Source: Candidatus Aminicenantes bacterium JdFR-78
GTDB lineage: Bacteria > Acidobacteriota > Aminicenantia > JdFR-78
NCBI GenBank assembly: GCA_002010665.1
Contig: MTON01000027.1
Location: 22,780 to 86,779, forward strand
DNA: 64,000 nt
Reading direction: 5' to 3'
Both the position numbers and the translations under genes were made by a program. Positions 30,355-40,716 of this stretch are shown here, one piece after another. Below the pieces are notes generated by a model. The model did no database searches and was not told where the DNA came from. It saw only the letters and a program-made list of their open reading frames with translations. The stretch's first letter is position 1; every line of letters starts with the position of its first letter.

Positions 30355-32268
30355 ATGAGTAAAATAATTGGGATCGACCTTGGAACAACAAATTCAGTTG
30401 TTGCAATTGTTGAAGGTGGAAAACCAACAGTAATTTTAAATGAGGAAGGGGGGAGAATAACACCATCTGTTGTTGCCTTTACTGATAAAGGGGAAAGATT
30501 AGTTGGTCAGGTTGCTAAAAGGCAGGCTATTACAAATCCTGAAAATACTGTTTATTCAATAAAAAGATTCATGGGTAGAAGATATGACGAAGTTTCAGAA
30601 GAAATTAAACAGGTCCCTTATAAAGTGATAAAGGCAAAGAATGGGGATGCATGGGTTGAAATAAGAGGAAAACAATACTCTCCTCCCCAGATTTCAGCAA
30701 TGATTCTCCAGAAACTGAAAAAAGCTGCTGAAGATTATCTTGGAGAAAAAGTTCAGAAGGCTGTTATAACTGTTCCAGCTTATTTCAATGATGCACAGCG
30801 TCAGGCAACTAAAGATGCTGGCACCATAGCTGGTCTTGAGGTTGTAAGAATTATAAACGAACCTACTGCAGCTGCTCTTGCTTACGGGATGGAAAAGAAA
30901 AAGGATCAAACCATTGCTGTTTTTGACTTTGGTGGAGGAACTTTTGATATATCCATTTTAGAGGTTGGTGAAGGCGTTGTTGAAGTTAAGGCAACAAATG
31001 GTGATACACATCTGGGAGGAGATGATATAGATCAAAAAATTATAGAATGGTTAGTTGAGGAATTTAAAAAAGAAACAGGTATTGATTTGAGCAAGGATAG
31101 AATGGCTCTCCAGAGGTTAAAGGAGGCTGCAGAGAAGGCAAAGATTGAGCTTTCAACCACTATGGAGACAGAGATCAATTTACCATTCATTACTGCAGAT
31201 GCCACTGGTCCAAAACACCTCGTTAAAAAACTTACAAGAGCAAAATTAGAGCAACTTGCTGAGCCTATTTTCCAGAGACTGATTCCTCCATGTGAGATAG
31301 CGTTAAAGGATGCGGGTTTAAAGCCCCATCAAATAGATGAAGTAATTTTAGTTGGTGGTTCAACAAGAATACCAAAAGTCCAGCAACTGGTCAAAGAATA
31401 TTTTGGTAAAGAACCACACAAAGGAGTGAATCCTGATGAAGTAGTTGCAATTGGAGCTGCAATTCAGGGAGCAGTTCTTGCAGGAGATGTTAAAGATGTT
31501 CTTCTTCTTGACGTGACTCCTTTAAGCCTTGGAATCGAGACACTTGGTGGAGTGTTTACAAAAATAATTCCTCGAAATACAACAATTCCAACAAGAAAAA
31601 GCGAAATTTTTACAACCGCCACTGATAATCAGACGAGTGTAGAAATACATGTGCTTCAGGGCGAAAGAGAGATGGCTGCTGATAATAAGTCTTTAGGGAG
31701 ATTTCATCTTGTTGGTATTCCTCCAGCACCAAGAGGAGTTCCAAAAATTGAGGTTACCTTTGATATAGATGCTAATGGAATTCTCCATGTTTCTGCTAAG
31801 GATTTAGGGACAGGGAAAGAACAGAAAATTACGATTACTGGGAGCAGTGGATTAACCAAAGAAGAAGTTGAAAGAATGGTTAAAGAGGCAGAAGAACATG
31901 CTGAAGAAGATAGAAGGAAAAGAGAGGCAGCAGAAGCGAGAAATAGGGCGGATAATCTGATTTATACAACCGAAAAGCTCATTAAAGAGAATAAAGATAA
32001 GATTCCACCCGAAGATTTGAAGGCTATTGAAAAAGAAATTGAAAATACCAAGAAGGCGATGGAAGGTGGGAATGTCAATGAAATCAATAAAGCTGTAGAA
32101 GCTTTGACTCAGGCATCTCATCGTATAGCTGAGGTAATTTATCGTGGAGCAACTCAGCAAGAACAGGCTTCCTCTCAAGGTGGGACATCCCAGCAGAAAA
32201 GTTCGGGAGATGATTATATAGATGCTGAAGTTGTAGATGAAGGTGATGGTAAGGATAAAACTAACTAA
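30355..32268 (+). CDS. dnaK: Molecular chaperone DnaK (Hsp70)
   Basis: '[10 protein letters not shown]', 'DLGGGTFD', '[11 protein letters not shown]', full-length Hsp70 with acidic C-terminus. Confidence 0.95.
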   Translation: MSKIIGIDLGTTNSVVAIVEGGKPTVILNEEGGRITPSVVAFTDKGERLVGQVAKRQAITNPENTVYSIKRFMGRRYDEVSEEIKQVPYKVIKAKNGDAWVEIRGKQYSPPQISAMILQKLKKAAEDYLGEKVQKAVITVPAYFNDAQRQATKDAGTIAGLEVVRIINEPTAAALAYGMEKKKDQTIAVFDFGGGTFDISILEVGEGVVEVKATNGDTHLGGDDIDQKIIEWLVEEFKKETGIDLSKDRMALQRLKEAAEKAKIELSTTMETEINLPFITADATGPKHLVKKLTRAKLEQLAEPIFQRLIPPCEIALKDAGLKPHQIDEVILVGGSTRIPKVQQLVKEYFGKEPHKGVNPDEVVAIGAAIQGAVLAGDVKDVLLLDVTPLSLGIETLGGVFTKIIPRNTTIPTRKSEIFTTATDNQTSVEIHVLQGEREMAADNKSLGRFHLVGIPPAPRGVPKIEVTFDIDANGILHVSAKDLGTGKEQKITITGSSGLTKEEVERMVKEAEEHAEEDRRKREAAEARNRADNLIYTTEKLIKENKDKIPPEDLKAIEKEIENTKKAMEGGNVNEINKAVEALTQASHRIAEVIYRGATQQEQASSQGGTSQQKSSGDDYIDAEVVDEGDGKDKTN

Positions 32269-32273
32269 TAAAA

Positions 32274-33362
32274 ATGAAGGATTATTATAAGATCCTGGGT
32301 GTAAGTAGAAATGCTACACTTGATGAGATAAAAAAAGCTTATAAAAAATTAGCCAGAAAATACCATCCTGATCTAAATCCTGGGGACAAGGAAGCAGAAG
32401 AAAGATTCAAAGAAATCCAGGAGGCATACTCAGTTCTAAGTGACCCGAAGAAAAGAGAACAATATGATAGATTTGGATTTGTAGGGGATTTTCGGCAAGC
32501 TGATTCCCAGGATTTCTACACAGGATTTGCAGGTTTTGATTTCTCAGAATTTGGCACATCAACTTTTAAGGATTTCTTTGACGCATTTTTTGGGAGGACA
32601 ACACCAAAATGGGGTCCAGAGAAAGGAGAAGACCTTCATTATACAATGACTATAAGTTTTGAGGATTCGATAAAGGGCTTGAGAACAAGGATTAAATTGT
32701 TCAGAAGGGATACTTGTCCGAGTTGTGGAGGGTATGGATACTCAAAAGGAAAAGAAATAATTTGCCCTGCATGTGGAGGAAGTGGTAAAATAAACCTGCA
32801 AAGAGGATTTATGAAATTTTACACTACTTGCTCAAATTGTCATGGCACTGGGAAAATTCCAGGAGAACCTTGCTATTATTGCAAAGGTGGAGGTTTAATA
32901 GAGAAGGAAGAAATAGTAAATGTAAGGATTCCTCCTGGTGTGGATAATGGATCAATTGTAAGAATTTCAGGAAAGGGGAACGGAGGTCTGAGAGGAGGTC
33001 CTCCTGGTGATCTTTTCATAACAATACAGGTTAATCCTCATCCATTTTTTGAAAGAAAGGGTAAAAATATTTATTGTACGATCCCTATCACAGTAACAGA
33101 AGCTGCACTTGGAGCAAAAATTGAAGTACCAACTCTCGAAGGTAAGGCTACTATTAAAATTCCTCCAGGTACCTCAAGTGGTCAGAAATTCAGATTAAAG
33201 GGTAGAGGAGTTCCCTTTCTAAAGGGAGATGGTAGAGGAGATTTATTTGTGGAAGTTAAAATAGTTCCTCCTCCATCAGAGGATGTCAGGGTTAGGGATT
33301 TGTTAAAAGAGCTTGATAGAATTACCAATTTTAATCCAAGAAAAAATTTAAAAGTGAGTTAA
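32274..33362 (+). CDS. dnaJ: Molecular chaperone DnaJ (Hsp40, type I)
   Basis: J domain with 'HPD', G/F-rich region, four CxxCxGxG zinc repeats, C-terminal domains. Confidence 0.9.
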   Translation: MKDYYKILGVSRNATLDEIKKAYKKLARKYHPDLNPGDKEAEERFKEIQEAYSVLSDPKKREQYDRFGFVGDFRQADSQDFYTGFAGFDFSEFGTSTFKDFFDAFFGRTTPKWGPEKGEDLHYTMTISFEDSIKGLRTRIKLFRRDTCPSCGGYGYSKGKEIICPACGGSGKINLQRGFMKFYTTCSNCHGTGKIPGEPCYYCKGGGLIEKEEIVNVRIPPGVDNGSIVRISGKGNGGLRGGPPGDLFITIQVNPHPFFERKGKNIYCTIPITVTEAALGAKIEVPTLEGKATIKIPPGTSSGQKFRLKGRGVPFLKGDGRGDLFVEVKIVPPPSEDVRVRDLLKELDRITNFNPRKNLKVS

Positions 33363-33363
33363 A

Positions 33364-33786
33364 ATGATGGAAGATAAGAAAAAAAGAGAAGAAAGAAAGA
33401 AATATTACATGATTAGTACAGTAGCAAAACTGTATAATATTCATCCTCAAACTTTGCGGCTCTATGAGAGAGAGGGATTACTTAAACCATCTCGTACAGA
33501 AGGGAATACAAGGTTGTATTCAGAGGAGGATTTAAGACAGCTCGAAATTATTCTAAATTTAACGAGAGAATTGGGAGTTAATTTAGCAGGAGTTGAGATC
33601 ATTCTAAATATGAGAAAAAAAATGGAGGAAATGCAAAAGGAGGTAAATGAATTATTGAATTATATAAAAAGAGAATTTTTTGAGGGCAGAGAAAGAGAAT
33701 TTGAATTTTTAAGAAAATCTCTTGTAAAAACAACTCCAGCTAAGGTAATAAAAATAGAAAAAATAGAAGAAAAAAATAATGCCTAA
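33364..33786 (+). CDS. hspR: MerR-family heat-shock repressor HspR
   Basis: MerR-type HTH 'YMISTVAKLYNIHPQTLRLYEREGLLKPSRTEGNTRLYS' directly after dnaK-dnaJ, as in hspR operons. Confidence 0.7.
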   Translation: MMEDKKKREERKKYYMISTVAKLYNIHPQTLRLYEREGLLKPSRTEGNTRLYSEEDLRQLEIILNLTRELGVNLAGVEIILNMRKKMEEMQKEVNELLNYIKREFFEGREREFEFLRKSLVKTTPAKVIKIEKIEEKNNA

Positions 33787-34627
33787 AAAATCCAAAAATT
33801 TATTTATTTCCAATAATTTAAAAATTTATTTAAAGGAAATCTCAAAATTCCCTTTGCTAAGTGAAGAGGAAGAGAAAGAACTTGCAAAAAGAATCAGAAA
33901 AGGAGATAATGGAGCTTTAAAAAAACTGGTTGAATGTAATCTTCGCTTTGTTGTGCATTATGCAAAAAAATATAGAGGTTTTGGACTTTCCTTTCTTGAC
34001 TTGATAAATGAGGGAAATAAAGGATTGATAGAAGCTGCTAAAAGATATGATCCATCAAAAAATGTAAAGTTTATATCCTATGCTGTATGGTGGGTTAGAC
34101 AGGCGATTATTCAAGCACTTTCGGAGTACTCTCATATTTATACTCTTCCAACAAAGGTTGCAAACCTAAGAAGCCGTGTAAGAGAAGCAGAGGCTAAGTT
34201 AAAAAGGCAATTAAGACGTGAACCATATAGGGATGAAATAGCTGATGAGCTCGATCACCCTTTGGAAGAAATTGATGATATATACGACCTAAGTAAAGAA
34301 GATTTATCATTAAACGATACATTTATTGATGAAACGAGGGAACTGGCAGAGACATTGAAAGATGAAACTACCCCTTCAGTTGAATATCAGATCATTAAAC
34401 TATTCATTGAAAAGCAGATTCGCCAAGTGCTCAATGAACTTGATGAAAGGGAGGCATTAGTATTAAAATTAAGATTTGGAATTGAAGATAATCAGCCAAA
34501 AACTCTAAGAGAAATAGGAGAAATGTTAAATATTTCCCGTGAAAGGGTTAGACAGATAGAAAAAAGGGCTAAAGAAAAATTAGCTCGTCTTAAAAAAGTT
34601 CAACAATTGAGAGGTTATTTGAATTAA
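33779..34627 (+). CDS. RNA polymerase sigma factor, sigma-70 family (group 3-like)
   Basis: Regions 2 ('LINEGNKGLIEAAKRYDP...YAVWWVRQAI'), 3 and 4 ('LREIGEMLNISRERVRQIEKRA'). 282 aa, no region 1.1. Confidence 0.8.
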   Translation: MPKKSKNLFISNNLKIYLKEISKFPLLSEEEEKELAKRIRKGDNGALKKLVECNLRFVVHYAKKYRGFGLSFLDLINEGNKGLIEAAKRYDPSKNVKFISYAVWWVRQAIIQALSEYSHIYTLPTKVANLRSRVREAEAKLKRQLRREPYRDEIADELDHPLEEIDDIYDLSKEDLSLNDTFIDETRELAETLKDETTPSVEYQIIKLFIEKQIRQVLNELDEREALVLKLRFGIEDNQPKTLREIGEMLNISRERVRQIEKRAKEKLARLKKVQQLRGYLN

Positions 34628-34628
34628 G

Positions 34629-35381
34629 ATGAAAGATAAAACATGTGAAATCTGTCAGGGAACAGGATGGATTATTGAGGAAAAAGATGGAAATACATTT
34701 GCAAGAAGGTGTGACTGTTTTGAAAAAGAGAAGATTAACTATTTATTGTCTTCAGCTCGGATTCCACCTCGCTATCAACATTGCACTTTCGAAAATTTTG
34801 ATCCTCAGAATGCTTCCCAGAAAAGAGCATTAAAAATATCTAAAAAATTTGTTGAAAATTATCCTATTCAAGATATTGGGCTTTTATTCTTAGGCCCTTG
34901 TGGTGTTGGGAAAACGCATCTTGCTGTTGCAATATGTCATGAATTGATTAAAACAAAGGCGGTTCCTTGTCTGTTTTATGATTTTAGAGAATTAATCAAA
35001 GATATTCAGTCTTCGTATTCTTCTGAGTCTGAATTTACTGAATCAGAAATTCTTCTTCCAGTAATTGAGACAGAAATTCTTGTTCTTGATGAACTTGGTG
35101 CTAAAAGACCGAGTAGTTGGGTAGAGGAAATGCTCTTTTATATTATTAATCAGAGATATAATAAGAAGAAACTGACTATTTTTACTTCTAATTTTCCAGA
35201 TGAAATAGAAAAAGAAGAGACTACTTTTACTCCAGATTTGATAAAAAGTAAAGACGAAGAAACACTTACAGACAGGATTGGCTATAGACTTCGTTCAAGA
35301 ATTTATGAAATGTGTAAAACAGTAGAAATTGAAGGAGAGGATTTTCGAAAAAAAGTTAGACAAGGAAGTTATCGCTTTTAA
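34629..35381 (+). CDS. DnaC/DnaI/IstB-like AAA+ ATPase with N-terminal Cys4 zinc-binding motif (putative helicase loader)
   Basis: N-terminal 'CEICQGTG...CDC'. Walker A 'GPCGVGKTHLA', Walker B 'LVLDELG', about 250 aa. Confidence 0.55.
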   Translation: MKDKTCEICQGTGWIIEEKDGNTFARRCDCFEKEKINYLLSSARIPPRYQHCTFENFDPQNASQKRALKISKKFVENYPIQDIGLLFLGPCGVGKTHLAVAICHELIKTKAVPCLFYDFRELIKDIQSSYSSESEFTESEILLPVIETEILVLDELGAKRPSSWVEEMLFYIINQRYNKKKLTIFTSNFPDEIEKEETTFTPDLIKSKDEETLTDRIGYRLRSRIYEMCKTVEIEGEDFRKKVRQGSYRF

Positions 35382-35408
35382 AAATAAATCATAGACTAAA
35401 TTTCAAAG

Positions 35409-36422
35409 ATGGGGGGTTCAGAGATGGGGGATAAAATTAAAAAATTAATAGGTATAATCTCTTTCATGTGTGTAACAGCTATTTTATTTTGTCAAATTGA
35501 ATGGACAAAATTTTCTAATCCAGTATTGACTAAAAGCACCTCATCAAAAGGTTGGGATTTTATAGCAATAGGGCAACCTACTTGCTTGGTAGATAATAAT
35601 ATTTTCAAAATGTGGTATGTGGGGGCAGGAATTTTTAATAATAAATTAATTAGTAGCATTGGTTATGCTTACTCTTTTAATGGTATAAATTGGATAAAAT
35701 ATGGTAAAAATCCAATCTTAAAAGTAGGTCCTTCTGGTTCTTGGGATCAAGGATGGATAGATACTCCTACAGTATGTAAAGATAAATTTGGTTACAAAAT
35801 GTGGTATTTGGGGATGCCTTCTTTGGAAACTCCTCCTTTAAATGCTAAAATCGGCTTAGCTATATCCTCGGATGGTATTAATTGGGAAAAATATTCAGGG
35901 AATCCAGTATTTTCTAAAGGATCTGAAAATGATTGGGATGGTTTTTGGATTGAATCTCCATCAGTAATTTGGGATGAAGAAGACGGATTATATAAAATGT
36001 GGTACACAGGTGTGGACAGGAACTGGAGATGTCGAATTGGATACGCTTATTCGCCTGATGGTATTAATTGGACAAAGTATAAAGATAATCCTATTTTAGA
36101 TTTAGGTGAAGAGGGCTCTTGGGAAGATTTATGGGTTGCAGTTTGTTCTGTAAATAAACGGGGAAAATTGTATGAAATGTTCTATTGTGGAGTTTCTAAA
36201 ACTGACATGCTAGATGGTAGAGTAGATTCCCCGAAAATAGGTCTTGCCATATCATTTGATGGTGTTCATTGGAAGAAGCACCCTGATAATCCAATTCTTT
36301 CTGATGCTTGGGCACCAACTGTGGTGTTGTATGAAAGTAAATATAAGATTTGGTATGAGCTGAGTACCGGAATATATTTAGCTGAATCGAAACTAAGAAA
36401 AGTGGCAAAAGGTAGAAGATAA
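35409..36422 (+). CDS. Five-bladed beta-propeller glycosidase-like protein (GH43/GH130/DUF377 superfamily)
   Basis: Signal peptide. Five repeats of 'G...W..GW...P.V' blades with conserved Asp/Glu. Size 337 aa. Confidence 0.45.
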   Translation: MGGSEMGDKIKKLIGIISFMCVTAILFCQIEWTKFSNPVLTKSTSSKGWDFIAIGQPTCLVDNNIFKMWYVGAGIFNNKLISSIGYAYSFNGINWIKYGKNPILKVGPSGSWDQGWIDTPTVCKDKFGYKMWYLGMPSLETPPLNAKIGLAISSDGINWEKYSGNPVFSKGSENDWDGFWIESPSVIWDEEDGLYKMWYTGVDRNWRCRIGYAYSPDGINWTKYKDNPILDLGEEGSWEDLWVAVCSVNKRGKLYEMFYCGVSKTDMLDGRVDSPKIGLAISFDGVHWKKHPDNPILSDAWAPTVVLYESKYKIWYELSTGIYLAESKLRKVAKGRR

Positions 36423-36432
36423 AATTATCTTT

Positions 36433-37236
36433 TTAAATACGAAAAGCTATTCCTCCTCGCAGTAAAAACCCATTCCATATTCCAAAGTCAATTAAGATAT
36501 AGAATCCATTGATAATTTCACCTTTTATTCCTAAATTAAGTTGAATAATTGGGATAATTGGAAGGAATTCTTTTGTATTTTTTAAATCCTGCTCGCCTTT
36601 CAAACTTTCTGGTTTTGTTTTTTTCTCATTCATATCAAAAAATTCCCCACTTCCTGAATAAGAAACTTCTCCATTAATAGGAGCTATTCCTAATCCAATA
36701 GTAAAATAAGGCCGTATTTTCCATGATGGTTTTATATCCCAGCGAAAACTCAGATTATATGAAAGAGACTCTATAATAAGATTACCATTTGTTTCTAAGT
36801 CTATATAGGAACCATTAGTAAATTCTTCTTTCACTTTTCCATTCATTAAAAGTCTCATTTTTATTTTGTCAATAGAAAATCCTATGCTAAATGATCCTTT
36901 CTTCCCACTAGGATAAAATCTTAATTCAAATCCATAATTATTCCCCGAAGATTCAAAATTTATTTCCTGATTATAATTCAATTCATTTAAATTCGGATAT
37001 TTATTTGAAATCTCATTTCTAAATTCTTTTTCAAATGTATTTTCTGCAGGATATTGTAGTAATTCCCATATAAAGTTCATATCCCAGGATGAATAATGCA
37101 CACCAATCTCCCACTTTCCCCCTTTAGCTAATAAATTTTGGGTATTAAAAATAAGGCAAAATAAAAAAATTAAAAATATTTTAAATTTTAAAAAATTTTC
37201 ATTCTTGCTGAAAATTCTCTTTCTTTTGAACATCAC
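36433..37236 (-). CDS. Hypothetical outer-membrane beta-barrel protein
   Basis: Signal peptide, alternating hydrophobic pattern, aromatic-rich C-terminus ending '...GGIAFRI'. Confidence 0.35.
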   Translation of the reverse strand: MMFKRKRIFSKNENFLKFKIFLIFLFCLIFNTQNLLAKGGKWEIGVHYSSWDMNFIWELLQYPAENTFEKEFRNEISNKYPNLNELNYNQEINFESSGNNYGFELRFYPSGKKGSFSIGFSIDKIKMRLLMNGKVKEEFTNGSYIDLETNGNLIIESLSYNLSFRWDIKPSWKIRPYFTIGLGIAPINGEVSYSGSGEFFDMNEKKTKPESLKGEQDLKNTKEFLPIIPIIQLNLGIKGEIINGFYILIDFGIWNGFLLRGGIAFRI

Positions 37237-37378
37237 CCCACCATACTTAGGAAGCTTATATCAAAATAAAAAATTAATGTCAATTAGAAAAAATATTAAA
37301 GACAAGATGTTATTAAAAAATTAAATAAAAGTGCTACTGCTTATAATTTTAATTTCTTGAACATGACTAAGAACTGGA

Positions 37379-37933
37379 TTAAGAATTCCTGTAAAAAGAA
37401 AGAACATCAGTCCCTATTGCAACTCTACGAAACAGTTTAAAATATTTTGGATCGAATTCTGTTTTTACAAAATGCCTGAGAATTATAAAGCCATTAGGCT
37501 TTAAAATTTCTCTCTTTTTTATAACCTTTAAAGGATTTCTTTCCTCAAGCAATTGATAGGGAGGGTCAAGAAAAATTATATCGAATTTTTTCTTTTCCTT
37601 TGCAAGTTGAATTACTCCAAGATTGAACTCTTTGCAGATTATTTCAAAATTATCTTCAATTCCACATTTAGCGAGATTATGTTTTATAATTTTCACTGCC
37701 TGATATTTATATTCAATGAAAACAACTTCTTTTGCACCACGACTGAAAGCCTCTATACCAACTGAGCCTGTTCCTGCAAATCCATCGAGGAATATACTAC
37801 CTCTTACATCCATTTGAATAATATTGAATAAGGTCTCCTTCACTCTATCAGTTAGAGGTCTTACTTCAGGGTCTTTAACCTTTTTCAATTTTCTCCCTTT
37901 ATACAATCCACCAATTACTCTTATCATTTTCAA
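37379..37933 (-). CDS. rsmD: 16S rRNA (guanine966-N2)-methyltransferase RsmD
   Basis: 'LDGFAGTGSVGIEAFSRGA' SAM motif I and 'FLDPPY' motif IV, 184 aa. Confidence 0.85.
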   Translation of the reverse strand: MKMIRVIGGLYKGRKLKKVKDPEVRPLTDRVKETLFNIIQMDVRGSIFLDGFAGTGSVGIEAFSRGAKEVVFIEYKYQAVKIIKHNLAKCGIEDNFEIICKEFNLGVIQLAKEKKKFDIIFLDPPYQLLEERNPLKVIKKREILKPNGFIILRHFVKTEFDPKYFKLFRRVAIGTDVLSFYRNS

Positions 37934-38475
37934 TAGTAAATTATGATTTTGCCTTTCTCGGTTTTAATATTTTTTATTCCATAAGGGAGTTCATACCAAC
38001 TGAAAATTGAAAGAGGTTCATAGCCTTCTAATTTTGACAGATAATCAATGATAAATTCTAAGAAATTGACTGGAATAGGCTGTTCCTCTAAAAAGAGTTT
38101 TTCAAAGTCAAATTTTGCATACCTATTTTTAATCATTATTTTTCCCCTGAAATAGATATTAAAAATTTTAGACCCGTTAACATTTTCTAATTGAATGGTT
38201 GCTTTTCCCTCAATAACATTTTTATTTAAAATTTTTAATTTAATTTTTTTTAATCTCTTTATATTTTCCTTCCTGATACGATAATCAAGATAAGAATTTA
38301 TTTCATTTTCACTCACTGAAATTTCCTGTGTTGTGGTATTTTTATTGTTTTTTATTTTCTCAATAATTTCTTTGACTTTAATTACTTCTTTATTTTCACT
38401 TTTCGCCCATGATGAAAAAAGTATAGGGATAATTATTAATAGTAATATAAATTTAATTTTTTTTTGAAATTTCAT
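37930..38475 (-). CDS. Hypothetical secreted protein
   Basis: Signal peptide. No recognisable motif. Overlaps rsmD start (operonic). Confidence 0.3.
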   Translation of the reverse strand: MKFQKKIKFILLLIIIPILFSSWAKSENKEVIKVKEIIEKIKNNKNTTTQEISVSENEINSYLDYRIRKENIKRLKKIKLKILNKNVIEGKATIQLENVNGSKIFNIYFRGKIMIKNRYAKFDFEKLFLEEQPIPVNFLEFIIDYLSKLEGYEPLSIFSWYELPYGIKNIKTEKGKIIIYY

Positions 38476-38527
38476 TTCAGACCAATTTTGATGTTAACAT
38501 TTAAAAAATTAATTCGCAATATTTACT

Positions 38528-39043
38528 TTGCCATTCCAATTCTATAAAATATTATACACAATGATTCCGGTTTTTTCATTTATTGGAGAGTCCAAATCTG
38601 GAAAAACATCTATTATAGAAAAGGTAATTAAAGAATTAAAAAATAGAGGCTACAAGGTAGGTATTATAAAACATTCCTGTTGTGATTTTGAAATAAATAA
38701 GAAGGAAAAGGATACCCGGAGATTTCAGGACGCAGGAGCTGATTCAGTTGCATTTTCTTCTCGAGATAAATTCTTTTTATTTAGAAAAAATAAGGAGGAA
38801 GTATCTATAAAAGAGATTATCGAGAAATATTTTGATGATGTTGATATTATTTTAACTGAAGGGTATAGCAGGGAGAAATTTCCAAAAATAGTTATCTCTA
38901 AAGAAGTAAAGGAGGAAAATTTAATTTATGATAATCTGATAGCTGTTGTATGTGAAAAGCAAATAAATAAGAGAATACCTGTTTTTACTTTTAATCAAAT
39001 TAATGAACTTGTGGATTTTTTATTAAGGCGTGTTAATCTTTAA
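38528..39043 (+). CDS. mobB: Molybdopterin-guanine dinucleotide biosynthesis adapter protein MobB
   Basis: P-loop 'IGESKSGKTSII', 'GIIKH', about 170 aa. Confidence 0.7.
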   Translation: MPFQFYKILYTMIPVFSFIGESKSGKTSIIEKVIKELKNRGYKVGIIKHSCCDFEINKKEKDTRRFQDAGADSVAFSSRDKFFLFRKNKEEVSIKEIIEKYFDDVDIILTEGYSREKFPKIVISKEVKEENLIYDNLIAVVCEKQINKRIPVFTFNQINELVDFLLRRVNL

Positions 39044-39085
39044 AACTTTTAATTTTTAATTTAAATTGTTAAAATATTTTTTCCA

Positions 39086-39574
39086 ATGAAAGCGCATGAT
39101 TTCTTGGAATTGTTAAAAAAACAAGGCTTTAATTTCTTTACAGGTGTTCCTTGTTCTTATTTTAAACCTTTGTGTGAGATTTTGAATAAAGAAAATGATT
39201 TATTTCATATTCCAGCCGTGAGAGAGGATATTGCAGTTGGATTATCTGTCGGAGCATATTTATCTGGAAAAATGCCTGTAATTTATATGCAGAATTCCGG
39301 TCTTGGATACTCCCTTGAGGCTTTTGCTTCCCTTCATCTGATTTATTACATACCCACTCTTGTTCTTGTGAGTTATAGAGGCCCAGAGGACAAAGGATGG
39401 GAAGAGCATTTGATTATGGGAAAACATACAGAGGATTTATTTAGGAGTTTTGAATTAAAATATTCTATTTTTAAAGGGAATATAACAGAGGAGGAACTAA
39501 AGGAAATTAAGGATTACTTAATTGGAACACAATTACCTTATTTCTTGCTCGTTACAAAAGGAGCCCTTGAATGA
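39086..39574 (+). CDS. Sulfopyruvate/phosphonopyruvate decarboxylase-like TPP enzyme, alpha subunit (ComD-like)
   Basis: About 160 aa N-terminal pyrimidine-binding half of a split TPP decarboxylase. Overlaps the beta subunit by 4 nt. Confidence 0.6.
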   Translation: MKAHDFLELLKKQGFNFFTGVPCSYFKPLCEILNKENDLFHIPAVREDIAVGLSVGAYLSGKMPVIYMQNSGLGYSLEAFASLHLIYYIPTLVLVSYRGPEDKGWEEHLIMGKHTEDLFRSFELKYSIFKGNITEEELKEIKDYLIGTQLPYFLLVTKGALE

Positions 39575-40131
39575 ACAGACTTGAAGCTATAAAGATTGTT
39601 ATTGAGAATCTTTCAGGAGATGAATTATTGGTTCATGCTAATGGAGCGATAAGTAGAGAATCCTTTTTCTGTAAAAACAGGAAAGAAAATTTCTATCTGC
39701 TTGGATCAATGGGTCTTGCTTCATCAGTTGGTTTTGGTCTTGCACTTAATCAGCCTAATAAGAAAATTGTTATTTTGGATGGAGATGGAAATGTCTTAAT
39801 GGGTTTTGGAAATTTAGCTTTAATAGGTGCATTCAAGCCCAAGAATTTAATTCACTTAGTTTTTGATAATCAGGTTTACGGAACCACTGGAAACCAACCA
39901 ACTATTTCTAAATATATACCCTTTAGTGAGGTCGCAAAGCTTTTGGGTTATAGAACCTCACACTATATAGATAAAGAGGATTCTCTAAAGAAAATTTTTA
40001 AAGAAATTCTAAAAGAGCCAGGACCTCACTTTTTACATATTAAAGTCAGTCCAGAGGTAACCCAGATCTGTCCTCGTATTCCATATTCAGCGAAAGAAAT
40101 AAAGGAAAGGTTTATTTCTTCGCTTAAATAA
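39571..40131 (+). CDS. Sulfopyruvate/phosphonopyruvate decarboxylase-like TPP enzyme, beta subunit (ComE-like)
   Basis: TPP-binding 'GSMGLASSVGFGLAL...LDGDGNVLMGFGNL' (GDG-x-N motif), about 185 aa. Confidence 0.6.
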   Translation: MNRLEAIKIVIENLSGDELLVHANGAISRESFFCKNRKENFYLLGSMGLASSVGFGLALNQPNKKIVILDGDGNVLMGFGNLALIGAFKPKNLIHLVFDNQVYGTTGNQPTISKYIPFSEVAKLLGYRTSHYIDKEDSLKKIFKEILKEPGPHFLHIKVSPEVTQICPRIPYSAKEIKERFISSLK

Positions 40132-40133
40132 AT

Positions 40134-40706
40134 TTATCCCTTGAATTTAAATTCATTGAAACAAACAATTTCCTCGATCTTCTTCCGTTTTTTTTCTTTT
40201 AATGGTCTTTTTTCATAATATCCCATGGCAATTAAGGAGACTATCTTGTATTTTCTTGGAATTTTGAAAAACTTTCTAACCTTTCTTGCATTAAACCATC
40301 CAATCCAACAGGTTCCAAGTCCAAGTTCCTGAGCCTGAAGAACAATGTGTTCTCCTGCTATTCCGATATCTATTAGATAATAATTTATTCCTTGAATCTG
40401 TTTTCCTATTCGATTTGCAATAATGTCAAGACGAGCAAGTATGAGAATAATTACAGGAGCTTTTGAAGCAAATTTTGATGGAAAATAAATACCTGAAAAT
40501 GCCTCTTTTGAGAATTTTTCTTTTGTTTCAGGGTCGTCAATTACAATAAATCTCCATGGTTGGACATTTTCTGCGGACGGAGCAAGGCGAGCAGCCTCGA
40601 GACATGTAAGAATCTTTTCTCTTTCAACTGGTTTGTCTATAAATCTTCTGATACTTCTTCTATTTCTTATTAATTCCTGTAAATAAGTCATTTTCTCAAA
40701 ACCCAT
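40134..40706 (-). CDS. Nitroreductase-family flavoprotein
   Basis: 'RRSIRRF' FMN-binding N-terminus, 'PSAENVQPWRFIVI'. Confidence 0.7.
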   Translation of the reverse strand: MGFEKMTYLQELIRNRRSIRRFIDKPVEREKILTCLEAARLAPSAENVQPWRFIVIDDPETKEKFSKEAFSGIYFPSKFASKAPVIILILARLDIIANRIGKQIQGINYYLIDIGIAGEHIVLQAQELGLGTCWIGWFNARKVRKFFKIPRKYKIVSLIAMGYYEKRPLKEKKRKKIEEIVCFNEFKFKG

Positions 40707-40716
40707 AATTCAAAAT

